DNA of 64,000 nucleotides from Auanema rhodensis. Lineage: Eukaryota > Animalia > Nematoda. Below are positions 25,601 to 39,657 of this stretch, one piece after another. Both the position numbers and the translations under genes were made by a program. The stretch is from positions 2,914,001-2,978,000 of the forward strand of contig OZ059897.1 of the NCBI GenBank assembly GCA_964057225.1. Reading direction: 5' to 3'. The notes under the pieces are model-generated. The model had not been told where the DNA came from. It ran no database searches and saw nothing but the letters and a program-made list of their open reading frames with translations. The first letter of the stretch is position 1. Every line of letters starts with the position of its first letter.

Positions 25601-28600
25601 CGTTTCTCAATGTAGTATAGTGCATTCGATGCGGATTTTTAAGCTGCGTCGATCTGTGTTATCAGATTTGAGTTAGCTTGAAAATGCACCGAGATATCAA
25701 CTGATATATGTTCACACTTATATCCTCGATTTTCACCCTGAAGAAATGATTTTTTCGTTGAAAAACATTGTCCATCGTATTCGTCTTGAAAAAAGGAATC
25801 TAAAAACATCTACTTTTTGTGAAATTATTTAGAAATTTTTCGGGAAAATTTTTGTCACAATGTTTTTGGAAGCAATGTTGAGTGTACATGGGAACTCAGC
25901 ATACACTAATGCATTATTTTTCAAACGATCATAACTAATTTTTGTATAGAGCGTTTCTCAATGTAGTATAGTGCATTCGATGCGGATTTTTAAGCTGCGT
26001 CGATCTGTGTTATCAGATTTGAGTTAGCTTAAAAATGCACCGAGATATCAACTGATATATGTTCACACTTATATCCTCGATTTTCACCCTGAAGAAATGA
26101 TTTTTTCGTTGAAAAACATTGTCCATCGTATTCGTCTTGAAAAAAAGAATCTAAAAACATCTACTTTTTGTGAAATTATTCAGAAATTTTTCGGGAAAAT
26201 TTTTGTCAAAATGTTTTTGGAAGCAATGTTGAGTGTACATGGGAACTCAACATACACTAATGCATTATTTTTCAAACGATCATAACTAATTTTTGTATGG
26301 AGCGTTTCTCAATGTAGTATAGTGCATTCGATGCGGATTTTTAAGCTGCGTTGATCTGTGTTATCAGATTTGCGCTAGCTTAAAAATGCACCGAGTAATC
26401 AACTGATATAGGTTCACACTTATATCCTCGATTTTCACCCTGAAGAATTAATTTTTTCGTTGAATAACATTGTCCATCGTCTTTGCCTTGAAAAAAGAAA
26501 TCTAAAAACTCCTACTTTTCGTGAAATTATTTAGAAATTTTTCGGGAAAATTTTTGTCACAATGTTTTTGGAAGCAATGTTGAGTGTACATGGGAACTCA
26601 ACATACACTAATGCATTATTTTTCAAACGATCATAACTAATTTTTGTATGGAGCGTTTCTCAATGTAGTATAGTGCATTCGATGCGGATTTTTAAGCTGC
26701 GTTGATCTGTGTTATCAGATTTGCGCTAGCTTAAAAATGCACCGAGTAATCAACTGATATAGGTTCACACTTATATCCTCGATTTTCACCCTGAAGAATT
26801 AATTTTTTCGTTGAATAACGTTGTCCATCGTCTTTGCCTTGAGAAAAAAAATCTAAAAACTCCTACTTTTTGTGAAATTATTTAGAAATTTTTCGGGAAA
26901 ATTTTTGTCACAATGTTTTTGGAAGCAATGTTGAGTGTACATGGGAACTCAGCATACACTAATGCATTATTTTTCAAACGATCATAACTAATTTTTGTAT
27001 GGAGCGTTTCTCAATGTAGTATAGTGCATTCGATGCGGATTTTTAAGCTGCGTTGATCTGTGTTATCAGATTTGCGCTAGCTTAAAAATGCACCGAGTAA
27101 TCAACTGATATAGGTTCACACTTATATCCTCGATTTTCACCCTGAAGAATTAATTTTTTCGTTGAATAACATTGTCCATCGTCTTTGCCTTGAAAAAAGA
27201 AATCTAAAAACTCCTACTTTTTGTGAAATTATTTAGAAATTTTTCGGGAAAATTTTTGTCACAATGTTTTTGGAAGCAATGTTGAGTGTACATGGGAACT
27301 CAGCATACACTAATGCATTATTTTTCAAACGATCATAACTAATTTTTGTATAGAGCGTTTTTCAATGTAGTATAGTGCATTCGATGCGGATTTTTAAGCT
27401 GCGTTGATCTGTGTTATCAGATTTGCGCTAGCTTAAAAATGCACCGAGTAATCAACTGATATAGGTTCACACTTATATCCTCGATTTTCACCCTGAAGAA
27501 TTAATTTTTTCGTTGAATAACATTGTCCATCGTCTTTGCCTTGAAAAAAAAAATCTAAAAACTCCTACTTTTTGTGAAATTATTTAGAAATTTTTCGGGA
27601 AAATTTTTGTCACAATGTTTTTGGAAGCAATGTTGAGTGTACATGGGAACTCAGCATACACTAATGCATTATTTTTCAAACGATCATAACTAATTTTTGT
27701 ATAGAGCGTTTCTCAATGTAGTATAGTGCATTCGATGCGGATTTTTAAGCTGCGTCGATCTGTTTTATCAGATTTGAGTTAGCTTAAAAATGCACCGAGA
27801 TATCAACTGATATATGTTCACACTTATATCCTCGATTTTCACCCTGAAGAAATGATTTTTTCGTTGAAAAACATTGTCCATCGTATTCGTCTTGAAAAAA
27901 AGAATCTAAAAACATCTACTTTTTGTGAAATTATTCAGAAAATTTTCGGGAAAATTTTTGTCAAAATGTTTTTGGAAGCAATGTTGAGTGTACATGGGAA
28001 CTCAACATACACTAATGCATTATTTTTCAAACGATCATAACTAATTTTTGTATGGAGCGTTTCTCAATGTAGTATAGTGCATTCGATGCGGATTTTTAAG
28101 CTGCGTTGATCTGTGTTATCAGATTTGCGCTAGCTTAAAAATGCACCGAGTAATCAACTGATATAGGTTCACACTTATATCCTCGATTTTCACCCTGAAG
28201 AATTAATTTTTTCGTTGAATAACATTGTCCATCATCTTTGCCTTGAAAAAAGAAATCTAAAAACTCCTACTTTTTGTGAAATTATTTAGAAATTTTTCGG
28301 GAAAATTTTTGTCACAATGTTTTTGGAAGCAATGTTGAGTGTACATGGGAACTCAGCATACACTAATGCATTATTTTTCAAACGATCATAACTAATTTTT
28401 GTATGGAGCGTTTCTCAATGTAGTATAGTGCATTCGATGCGGATTTTTAAGCTGCGTTGATCTGTGTTATCAGATTTGCGCTAGCTTAAAAATGCACCGA
28501 GTAATCAACTGATATAGGTTCACACTTATATCCTCGATTTTCACCCTGAAGAATTAATTTTTTCGTTGAATAACATTGTCCATCGTCTTTGCCTTGAAAA

Positions 28601-31600
28601 AAGAAATCTAAAAACTCCTACTTTTTGTGAAATTATTTAGAAATTTTTCGGGAAAATTTTTGTCACAATTTTTTTGGAAGCAATGTTGAGTGTACATGGG
28701 AACTCAGCATACACTAATGCATTATTTTTCAAACGATCATAACTAATTTTTGTATAGAGCGTTTCTCAATGTAGTATAGTGCATTCGATGCGGATTTTTA
28801 AGCTGCGTCGATCTGTGTTATCAGATTTGAGTTAGCTTAAAAATGCACCGAGATATCAACTGATATATGTTCACACTTATATCCTCGATTTTCACCCTGA
28901 AGAAATGATTTTTTCGTTGAAAAACATTGTCCATCGTATTCGTCTTGAAAAAAAGAATCTAAAAACATCTACTTTTTGTGAAATTATTCAGAAAATTTTC
29001 GGGAAAATTTTTGTCAAAATGTTTTTGGAAGCAATGTTGAGTGTACATGGGAACTCAACATACACTAATGCATTATTTTTCAAACGATCATAACTAATTT
29101 TTGTATGGAGCGTTTCTCAATGTAGTATAGTGCATTCGATGCGGATTTTTAAGCTGCGTTGATCTGTGTTATCAGATTTGCGCTAGCTTAAAAATGCACC
29201 GAGTAATCAACTGATATAGGTTCACACTTATATCCTCGATTTTCACCCTGAAGAATTAATTTTTTCGTTGAATAACATTGTCCATCATCTTTGCCTTGAA
29301 AAAAGAAATCTAAAAACTCCTACTTTTTGTGAAATTATTTAGAAACTTTTCGGGAAAATTTTTGTCACAATGTTTTTGGAAGCAATGTTGAGTGTACATG
29401 GGAACTCAGCATACACTAATGCATTATTTTTCAAACGATCATAACTAATTTTTGTATAGAGCGTTTCTCAATGTAGTATAGTGCATTCGATGCGGATTTT
29501 TAAGCTGCGTCGATCTGTGTTATCAGATTTGAGTTAGCTTAAAAATGCACCGAGATATCAACTGATATATGTTCACACTTATATCCTCGATTTTCACCCT
29601 GAAGAAATGATTTTTTCGTTGAAAAACATTGTCCATCGTATTCGTCTTGAAAAAAAGAATCTAAAAACATCTACTTTTTGTGAAATTATTCAGAAATTTT
29701 TCGGGAAAATTTTTGTCAAAATGTTTTTGGAAGCAATGTTGAGTGTACATGGGAACTCAACATACACTAATGCATTATTTTTCAAACGATCATAACTAAT
29801 TTTTGTATGGAGCGTTTCTCAATGTAGTATAGTGCATTCGATGCGGATTTTTGAGCTGCGTTGATCTGTGTTATCAGATTTGCGCTAGCTTAAAAATGCA
29901 CCGAGTAATCAACTGATATAGGTTCACACTTATATCCTCGATTTTCACCCTGAAGAATTAATTTTTTCGTTGAATAACATTGTCCATCGTCTTTGCCTTG
30001 AAAAAAGAAATCTAAAAACTCCTACTTTTTGTGAAATTATTTAGAAATTTTTCGGGAAAATTTTTGTCACAATTTTTTTGGAAGCAATGTTGAGTGTACA
30101 TGGGAACTCAGCATACACTAATGCATTATTTTTCAAACGATCATAACTAATTTTTGTATGGAGCGTTTTTCAATGTAGTATAGTGCATTCGATGCGGATT
30201 TTTAAGCTGCGTTGATCTGTGTTATCAGATTTGCGCTAGCTTGAAAATGCACCGAGTAATCAACTGATATAGGTTCACACTTATATCCTCGATTTTCACC
30301 CTGAAGAATTAATTTTTTCGTTGAATAACATTGTCCATCGTCTTTGCCTTGAAAAAAGAAATCTAAAAACACCTACTTTTTGTGAAATTATTTAGAAATT
30401 TTTCGGGAAAATTTTTGTCATAATGTTTTTGGAAGCAATGTTGAGTGTACATGGGAACTCAGCATACACTAATGCATTATTTTTCAAACGATCATAACTA
30501 ATTTTTGTATAGAGCGTTTCTCAATGTAGTATAGTGCATTCGATGCGGATTTTTAAGCTGCGTCGATCTGTTTTATCAGATTTGAGTTAGCTTAAAAATG
30601 CACCGAGATATCAACTGATATATGTTCACACTTATATCCTCGATTTTCACCCTGAAGAAATGATTTTTTCGTTGAAAAACATTGTCCATCGTATTCGTCT
30701 TGAAAAAAAGAATCTAAAAACATCTACTTTTTGTGAAATTATTCAGAAAATTTTCGGGAAAATTTTTGTCAAAATGTTTTTGGAAGCAATGTTGAGTGTA
30801 CATGGGAACTCAACATACACTAATGCATTATTTTTCAAACGATCATAACTAATTTTTGTATGGAGCGTTTCTCAATGTAGTATAGTGCATTCGATGCGGA
30901 TTTTTAAGCTGCGTTGATCTGTGTTATCAGATTTGCGCTAGCTTAAAAATGCACCGAGTAATCAACTGATATAGGTTCACACTTATATCCTCGATTTTCA
31001 CCCTGAAGAATTAATTTTTTCGTTGAATAACATTGTCCATCATCTTTGCCTTGAAAAAAGAAATCTAAAAACTCCTACTTTTTGTGAAATTATTTAGAAA
31101 TTTTTCGGGAAAATTTTTGTCACAATGTTTTTGGAAGCAATGTTGAGTGTACATGGGAACTCAGCATACACTAATGCATTATTTTTCAAACGATCATAAC
31201 TAATTTTTGTATGGAGCGTTTCTCAATGTAGTATAGTGCATTCGATGCGGATTTTTAAGCTGCGTTGATCTGTGTTATCAGATTTGCGCTAGCTTAAAAA
31301 TGCACCGAGTAATCAACTGATATAGGTTCACACTTATATCCTCGATTTTCACCCTGAAGAATTAATTTTTTCGTTGAATAACATTGTCCATCGTCTTTGC
31401 CTTGAAAAAAGAAATCTAAAAACTCCTACTTTTTGTGAAATTATTTAGAAATTTTTCGGGAAAATTTTTGTCACAATTTTTTTGGAAGCAATGTTGAGTG
31501 TACATGGGAACTCAGCATACACTAATGCATTATTTTTCAAACGATCATAACTAATTTTTGTATGGAGCGTTTTTCAATGTAGTATAGTGCATTCGATGCG

Positions 31601-34600
31601 GATTTTTAAGCTGCGTTGATCTGTGTTATCAGATTTGCGCTAGCTTGAAAATGCACCGAGTAATCAACTGATATAGGTTCACACTTATATCCTCGATTTT
31701 CACCCTGAAGAATTAATTTTTTCGTTGAATAACATTGTCCATCGTCTTTGCCTTGAAAAAAAAAATCTAAAAACACCTACTTTTTGTGAAATTATTTAGA
31801 AATTTTTCGGGAAAATTTTTGTCATAATGTTTTTGGAAGCAATGTTGAGTGTACATGGGAACTCAGCATACACTAATGCATTATTTTTCAAACGATCATA
31901 ACTAATTTTTGTATAGAGCGTTTCTCAATGTAGTATAGTGCATTCGATGCGGATTTTTAAGCTGCGTCGATCTGTTTTATCAGATTTGAGTTAGCTTAAA
32001 AATGCACCGAGATATCAACTGATATATGTTCACACTTATATCCTCGATTTTCACCCTGAAGAAATGATTTTTTCGTTGAAAAACATTGTCCATCGTATTC
32101 GTCTTGAAAAAAAGAATCTAAAAACATCTACTTTTTGTGAAATTATACAGAAAATTTTCGGGAAAATTTTTGTCAAAATGTTTTTGGAAGCAATGTTGAG
32201 TGTACATGGGAACTCAACATACACTAATGCATTATTTTTCAAACGATCATAACTAATTTTTGTATGGAGCGTTTCTCAATGTAGTATAGTGCATTCGATG
32301 CGGATTTTTAAGCTGCGTTGATCTGTGTTATCAGATTTGCGCTAGCTTAAAAATGCACCGAGTAATCAACTGATATAGGTTCACACTTATATCCTCGATT
32401 TTCACCCTGAAGAATTAATTTTTTCGTTGAATAACATTGTCCATCATCTTTGCCTTGAAAAGAGAAATCTAAAAACTCCTACTTTTTGTGAAATTATTTA
32501 GAAACTTTTCGGGAAAATTTTTGTCACAATGTTTTTGGAAGCAATGTTGAGTGTACATGGGAACTCAGCATACACTAATGCATTATTTTTCAAACGATCA
32601 TAACTAATTTTTGTATAGAGCGTTTCTCAATGTAGTATAGTGCATTCGATGCGGATTTTTAAGCTGCGTCGATCTGTGTTATCAGATTTGAGTTAGCTTA
32701 AAAATGCACCGAGATATCAACTGATATATGTTCACACTTATATCCTCGATTTTCACCCTGAAGAAATGATTTTTTCGTTGAAAAACATTGTCCATCGTAT
32801 TCGTCTTGAAAAAAAGAATCTAAAAACATCTACTTTTTGTGAAATTATTCAGAAATTTTTCGGGAAAATTTTTGTCAAAATGTTTTTGGAAGCAATGTTG
32901 AGTGTACATGGGAACTCAACATACACTAATGCATTATTTTTCAAACGATCATAACTAATTTTTGTATGGAGCGTTTCTCAATGTAGTATAGTGCATTCGA
33001 TGCGGATTTTTGAGCTGCGTTGATCTGTGTTATCAGATTTGCGCTAGCTTAAAAATGCACCGAGTAATCAACTGATATAGGTTCACACTTATATCCTCGA
33101 TTTTCACCCTGAAGAATTAATTTTTTCGTTGAATAACATTGTCCATCGTCTTTGCCTTGAAAAAAAAAATCTAAAAACACCTACTTTTTGTGAAATTATT
33201 TAGAAATTTTTCGGGAAAATTTTTGTCATAATGTTTTTGGAAGCAATGTTGAGTGTACATGGGAACTCAGCATACACTAATGCATTATTTTTCAAACGAT
33301 CATAACTAATTTTTGTATAGAGCGTTTCTCAATGTAGTATAGTGCATTCGATGCGGATTTTTAAGCTGCGTCGATCTGTTTTATCAGATTTGAGTTAGCT
33401 TAAAAATGCACCGAGATATCAACTGATATATGTTCACACTTATATCCTCGATTTTCACCCTGAAGAAATGATTTTTTCGTTGAAAAACATTGTCCATCGT
33501 ATTCGTCTTGAAAAAAAGAATCTAAAAACATCTACTTTTTGTGAAATTATTCAGAAAATTTTCGGGAAAATTTTTGTCAAAATGTTTTTGGAAGCAATGT
33601 TGAGTGTACATGGGAACTCAACATACACTAATGCATTATTTTTCAAACGATCATAACTAATTTTTGTATGGAGCGTTTCTCAATGTAGTATAGTGCATTC
33701 GATGCGGATTTTTAAGCTGCGTTGATCTGTGTTATCAGATTTGCGCTAGCTTAAAAATGCACCGAGTAATCAACTGATATAGGTTCACACTTATATCCTC
33801 GATTTTCACCCTGAAGAATTAATTTTTTCGTTGAATAACATTGTCCATCATCTTTGCCTTGAAAAAAGAAATCTAAAAACTCCTACTTTTTGTGAAATTA
33901 TTTAGAAACTTTTCGGGAAAATTTTTGTCACAATGTTTTTGGAAGCAATGTTGAGTGTACATGGGAACTCAGCATACACTAATGCATTATTTTTCAAACG
34001 ATCATAACTAATTTTTGTATAGAGCGTTTCTCAATGTAGTATAGTGCATTCGATGCGGATTTTTAAGCTGCGTCGATCTGTGTTATCAGATTTGAGTTAG
34101 CTTAAAAATGCACCGAGATATCAACTGATATATGTTCACACTTATATCCTCGATTTTCACCCTGAAGAAATGATTTTTTCGTTGAAAAACATTGTCCATC
34201 GTATTCGTCTTGAAAAAAAGAATCTAAAAACATCTACTTTTTGTGAAATTATTCAGAAATTTTTTGGGAAAATTTTTGTCAAAATGTTTTTGGAAGCAAT
34301 GTTGAGTGTACATGGGAACTCAACACACACTAATGCATTATTTTTCAAACGATCATAACTAATTTTTGTATGGAGCGTTTCTCAATGTAGTATAGTGCAT
34401 TCGATGCGGATTTTTGAGCTGCGTTGATCTGTGTTATCAGATTTGCGCTAGCTTAAAAATGCACCGAGTAATCAACTGATATAGGTTCACACTTATATCC
34501 TCGATTTTCACCCTGAAGAATTAATTTTTTCGTTGAATAACATTGTCCATCGTCTTTGCCTTGAAAAAAGAAATCTAAAAACTCCTACTTTTTGTGAAAT

Positions 34601-35095
34601 TATTTAGAAATTTTTCGGGAAAATTTTTGTCACAATTTTTTTGGAAGCAATGTTGAGTGTACATGGGAACTCAGCATACACTAATGCATTATTTTTCAAA
34701 CGATCATAACTAATTTTTGTATGGAGCGTTTTTCAATGTAGTATAGTGCATTCGATGCGGATTTTTAAGCTGCGTTGATCTGTGTTATCAGATTTGCGCT
34801 AGCTTGAAAATGCACCGAGTAATCAACTGATATAGGTTCACACTTATATCCTCGATTTTCACCCTGAAGAATTAATTTTTTCGTTGAATAACATTGTCCA
34901 TCGTCTTTGCCTTGAAAAAAAAAATCTAAAAACACCTACTTTTTGTGAAATTATTTAGAAATTTTTCGGGAAAATTTTTGTCATAATGTTTTTGGAAGCA
35001 ATGTTGAGTGTACATGGGAACTCAGCATACACTAATGCATTATTTTTCAAACGATCATAACTAATTTTTGTATAGAGCGTTTCTCAATGTAGTAT

Positions 35096-35446
35096 AGTGC
35101 ATTCGATGCGGATTTTTAAGCTGCGTCGATCTGTGTTATCAGATTTGAGTTAGCTTAAAAATGCACCGAGATATCAACTGATATATGTTCACACTTATAT
35201 CCTCGATTTTCACCCTGAAGAAATGATTTTTTCGTTGAAAAACATTGTCCATCGTATTCGTCTTGAAAAAAAGAATCTAAAAACATCTACTTTTTGTGAA
35301 ATTATTCAGAAAATTTTCGGGAAAATTTTTGTCAAAATGTTTTTGGAAGCAATGTTGAGTGTACATGGGAACTCAACATACACTAATGCATTATTTTTCA
35401 AACGATCATAACTAATTTTTGTATGGAGCGTTTCTCAATGTAGTAT
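35096..35446 (+). repeat. Representative B-type monomer
   Basis: Diagnostic alleles: GCGTCGA, TTTGAGTTA, GAGATATC, ATATATG, GAAATGATT, GAAAAAC, CGTATTCGTC, ACATCT, GTCAAAATG, ACTCAACAT. Confidence 0.93.
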
Positions 35447-38400
35447 AGTGCATTCGATGCGGATTTTTAAGCTGCGTTGATCTGTGTTATCAGATTTGCG
35501 CTAGCTTAAAAATGCACCGAGTAATCAACTGATATAGGTTCACACTTATATCCTCGATTTTCACCCTGAAGAATTAATTTTTTCGTTGAATAACATTGTC
35601 CATCATCTTTGCCTTGAAAAAAGAAATCTAAAAACTCCTACTTTTTGTGAAATTATTTAGAAACTTTTCGGGAAAATTTTTGTCACAATGTTTTTGGAAG
35701 CAATGTTGAGTGTACATGGGAACTCAGCATACACTAATGCATTATTTTTCAAACGATCATAACTAATTTTTGTATAGAGCGTTTCTCAATGTAGTATAGT
35801 GCATTCGATGCGGATTTTTAAGCTGCGTCGATCTGTGTTATCAGATTTGAGTTAGCTTAAAAATGCACCGAGATATCAACTGATATATGTTCACACTTAT
35901 ATCCTCGATTTTCACCCTGAAGAAATGATTTTTTCGTTGAAAAACATTGTCCATCGTATTCGTCTTGAAAAAAAGAATCTAAAAACATCTACTTTTTGTG
36001 AAATTATTCAGAAATTTTTCGGGAAAATTTTTGTCAAAATGTTTTTGGAAGCAATGTTGAGTGTACATGGGAACTCAACATACACTAATGCATTATTTTT
36101 CAAACGATCATAACTAATTTTTGTATGGAGCGTTTCTCAATGTAGTATAGTGCATTCGATGCGGATTTTTGAGCTGCGTTGATCTGTGTTATCAGATTTG
36201 CGCTAGCTTAAAAATGCACCGAGTAATCAACTGATATAGGTTCACACTTATATCCTCGATTTTCACCCTGAAGAATTAATTTTTTCGTTGAATGACATTG
36301 TCCATCGTCTTTGCCTTGAGAAAAGAAATCTAAAAACTCCTACTTTTTGTGAAATTATTTAGAAATTTTTCGGGAAAATTTTTGTCATAATGTTTTTGGA
36401 AGCAATGTTGAGTGTACATGGGAACTCAGCATACACTAATGCATTATTTTTCAAACGATCATAACTAATTTTTGTATAGAGCGTTTCTCAATGTAGTATA
36501 GTGCATTCGATGCGGATTTTTAAGCTGCGTCGATCTGTGTTATCAGATTTGAGTTAGCTTAAAAATGCACCGAGATATCAACTGATATATGTTCACACTT
36601 ATATCCTCGATTTTCACCCTGAAGAAATGATTTTTTCGTTGAAAAACATTGTCCATCGTATTCGTCTTGAAAAAAAGAATCTAAAAACATCTACTTTTTG
36701 TGAAATTATTCAGAAAATTTTCGGGAAAATTTTTGTCAAAATGTTTTTGGAAGCAATGTTGAGTGTACATGGGAACTCAACATACACTAATGCATTATTT
36801 TTCAAACGATCATAACTAATTTTTGTATGGAGCGTTTCTCAATGTAGTATAGTGCATTCGATGCGGATTTTTAAGCTGCGTTGATCTGTGTTATCAGATT
36901 TGCGCTAGCTTAAAAATGCACCGAGTAATCAACTGATATAGGTTCACACTTATATCCTCGATTTTCACCCTGAAGAATTAATTTTTTCGTTGAATAACAT
37001 TGTCCATCATCTTTGCCTTGAAAAAAGAAATCTAAAAACTCCTACTTTTTGTGAAATTATTTAGAAACTTTTCGGGAAAATTTTTGTCACAATGTTTTTG
37101 GAAGCAATGTTGAGTGTACATGGGAACTCAGCATACACTAATGCATTATTTTTCAAACGATCATAACTAATTTTTGTATAGAGCGTTTCTCAATGTAGTA
37201 TAGTGCATTCGATGCGGATTTTTAAGCTGCGTCGATCTGTGTTATCAGATTTGAGTTAGCTTAAAAATGCACCGAGATATCAACTGATATATGTTCACAC
37301 TTATATCCTCGATTTTCACCCTGAAGAAATGATTTTTTCGTTGAAAAACATTGTCCATCGTATTCGTCTTGAAAAAAAGAATCTAAAAACATCTACTTTT
37401 TGTGAAATTATTCAGAAATTTTTCGGGAAAATTTTTGTCAAAATGTTTTTGGAAGAATGTTGAGTGTACATGGGAACTCAACATACACTAATGCATTATT
37501 TTTCAAACGATCATAACTAATTTTTGTATGGAGCGTTTCTCAATGTAGTATAGTGCATTCGATGCGGATTTTTGAGCTGCGTTGATCTGTGTTATCAGAT
37601 TTGCGCTAGCTTAAAAATGCACCGAGTAATCAACTGATATAGGTTCACACTTATATCCTCGATTTTCACCCTGAAGAATTAATTTTTTCGTTGAATGACA
37701 TTGTCCATCGTCTTTGCCTTGAGAAAAGAAATCTAAAAACTCCTACTTTTTGTGAAATTATTTAGAAATTTTTCGGGAAAATTTTTGTCATAATGTTTTT
37801 GGAAGCAATGTTGAGTGTACATGGGAACTCAGCATACACTAATGCATTATTTTTCAAACGATCATAACTAATTTTTGTATAGAGCGTTTCTCAATGTAGT
37901 ATAGTGCATTCGATGCGGATTTTTAAGCTGCGTCGATCTGTGTTATCAGATTTGAGTTAGCTTAAAAATGCACCGAGATATCAACTGATATATGTTCACA
38001 CTTATATCCTCGATTTTCACCCTGAAGAAATGATTTTTTCGTTGAAAAACATTGTCCATCGTATTCGTCTTGAAAAAAAGAATCTAAAAACATCTACTTT
38101 TTGTGAAATTATTCAGAAAATTTTCGGGAAAATTTTTGTCAAAATGTTTTTGGAAGCAATGTTGAGTGTACATGGGAACTCAACATACACTAATGCATTA
38201 TTTTTCAAACGATCATAACTAATTTTTGTATGGAGCGTTTCTCAATGTAGTATAGTGCATTCGATGCGGATTTTTAAGCTGCGTTGATCTGTGTTATCAG
38301 ATTTGCGCTAGCTTAAAAATGCACCGAGTAATCAACTGATATAGGTTCACACTTATATCCTCGATTTTCACCCTGAAGAATTAATTTTTTCGTTGAATAA

Positions 38401-39306
38401 CATTGTCCATCATCTTTGCCTTGAAAAAAGAAATCTAAAAACTCCTACTTTTTGTGAAATTATTTAGAAACTTTTCGGGAAAATTTTTGTCACAATGTTT
38501 TTGGAAGCAATGTTGAGTGTACATGGGAACTCAGCATACACTAATGCATTATTTTTCAAACGATCATAACTAATTTTTGTATAGAGCGTTTCTCAATGTA
38601 GTATAGTGCATTCGATGCGGATTTTTAAGCTGCGTCGATCTGTGTTATCAGATTTGAGTTAGCTTAAAAATGCACCGAGATATCAACTGATATATGTTCA
38701 CACTTATATCCTCGATTTTCACCCTGAAGAAATGATTTTTTCGTTGAAAAACATTGTCCATCGTATTCGTCTTGAAAAAAAGAATCTAAAAACATCTACT
38801 TTTTGTGAAATTATTCAGAAATTTTTCGGGAAAATTTTTGTCAAAATGTTTTTGGAAGCAATGTTGAGTGTACATGGGAACTCAACATACACTAATGCAT
38901 TATTTTTCAAACGATCATAACTAATTTTTGTATGGAGCGTTTCTCAATGTAGTATAGTGCATTCGATGCGGATTTTTGAGCTGCGTTGATCTGTGTTATC
39001 AGATTTGCGCTAGCTTAAAAATGCACCGAGTAATCAACTGATATAGGTTCACACTTATATCCTCGATTTTCACCCTGAAGAATTAATTTTTTCGTTGAAT
39101 GACATTGTCCATCGTCTTTGCCTTGAGAAAAGAAATCTAAAAACTCCTACTTTTTGTGAAATTATTTAGAAATTTTTCGGGAAAATTTTTGTCACAATGT
39201 TTTTGGAAGCAATGTTGAGTGTACATGGGAACTCAGCATACACTAATGCATTATTTTTCAAACGATCATAACTAATTTTTGTATAGAGCGTTTCTCAATG
39301 TAGTAT
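35096..39306 (+). repeat. 4-mer (1404-bp) higher-order repeat B-A-B-A, three copies
   Basis: GAATGAC/GAGAAAAG, AAACTTTTC and TTTTGAGCT markers recur every 1403-1404 bp. The B monomers alternate AAAATTTTC and AAATTTTTC alleles. Confidence 0.9.
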
Positions 39307-39657
39307 AGTGCATTCGATGCGGATTTTTAAGCTGCGTCGATCTGTGTTATCAGATTTGAGTTAGCTTAAAAATGCACCGAGATATCAACTGATATATGTT
39401 CACACTTATATCCTCGATTTTCACCCTGAAGAATTATATTTTTCGTTGAATAACATTGTCCATCGTCTTCGTCTTGAAAAAAGGAATCTAAAAACATCTA
39501 CTTTTTGTGAAATTATTTAGAAATTTTTCGGGAAAATTTTTGTCAAAATGTTTTTGGAAGCAATGTTGAGTGTACATGGGAACTCAGCATACACTAATGC
39601 ATTATTTTTCAAACGATCATAACTAATTTTTGTATGGAGCGTTTCTCAATGTAGTAT

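Noticed and set aside
6796-38920. Repeated 62-aa plus-strand ORF (MIFSLKNIVHRIRLEKK...)
   Set aside because: It appears only when the B-allele ATG coincides with loss of the in-frame TAG (mostly TAG>CAG). It is F/K/I-rich from A/T tracts, has no recognisable domain, and is frameshifted in the copy at ~37329. It is useful as a haplotype marker only.
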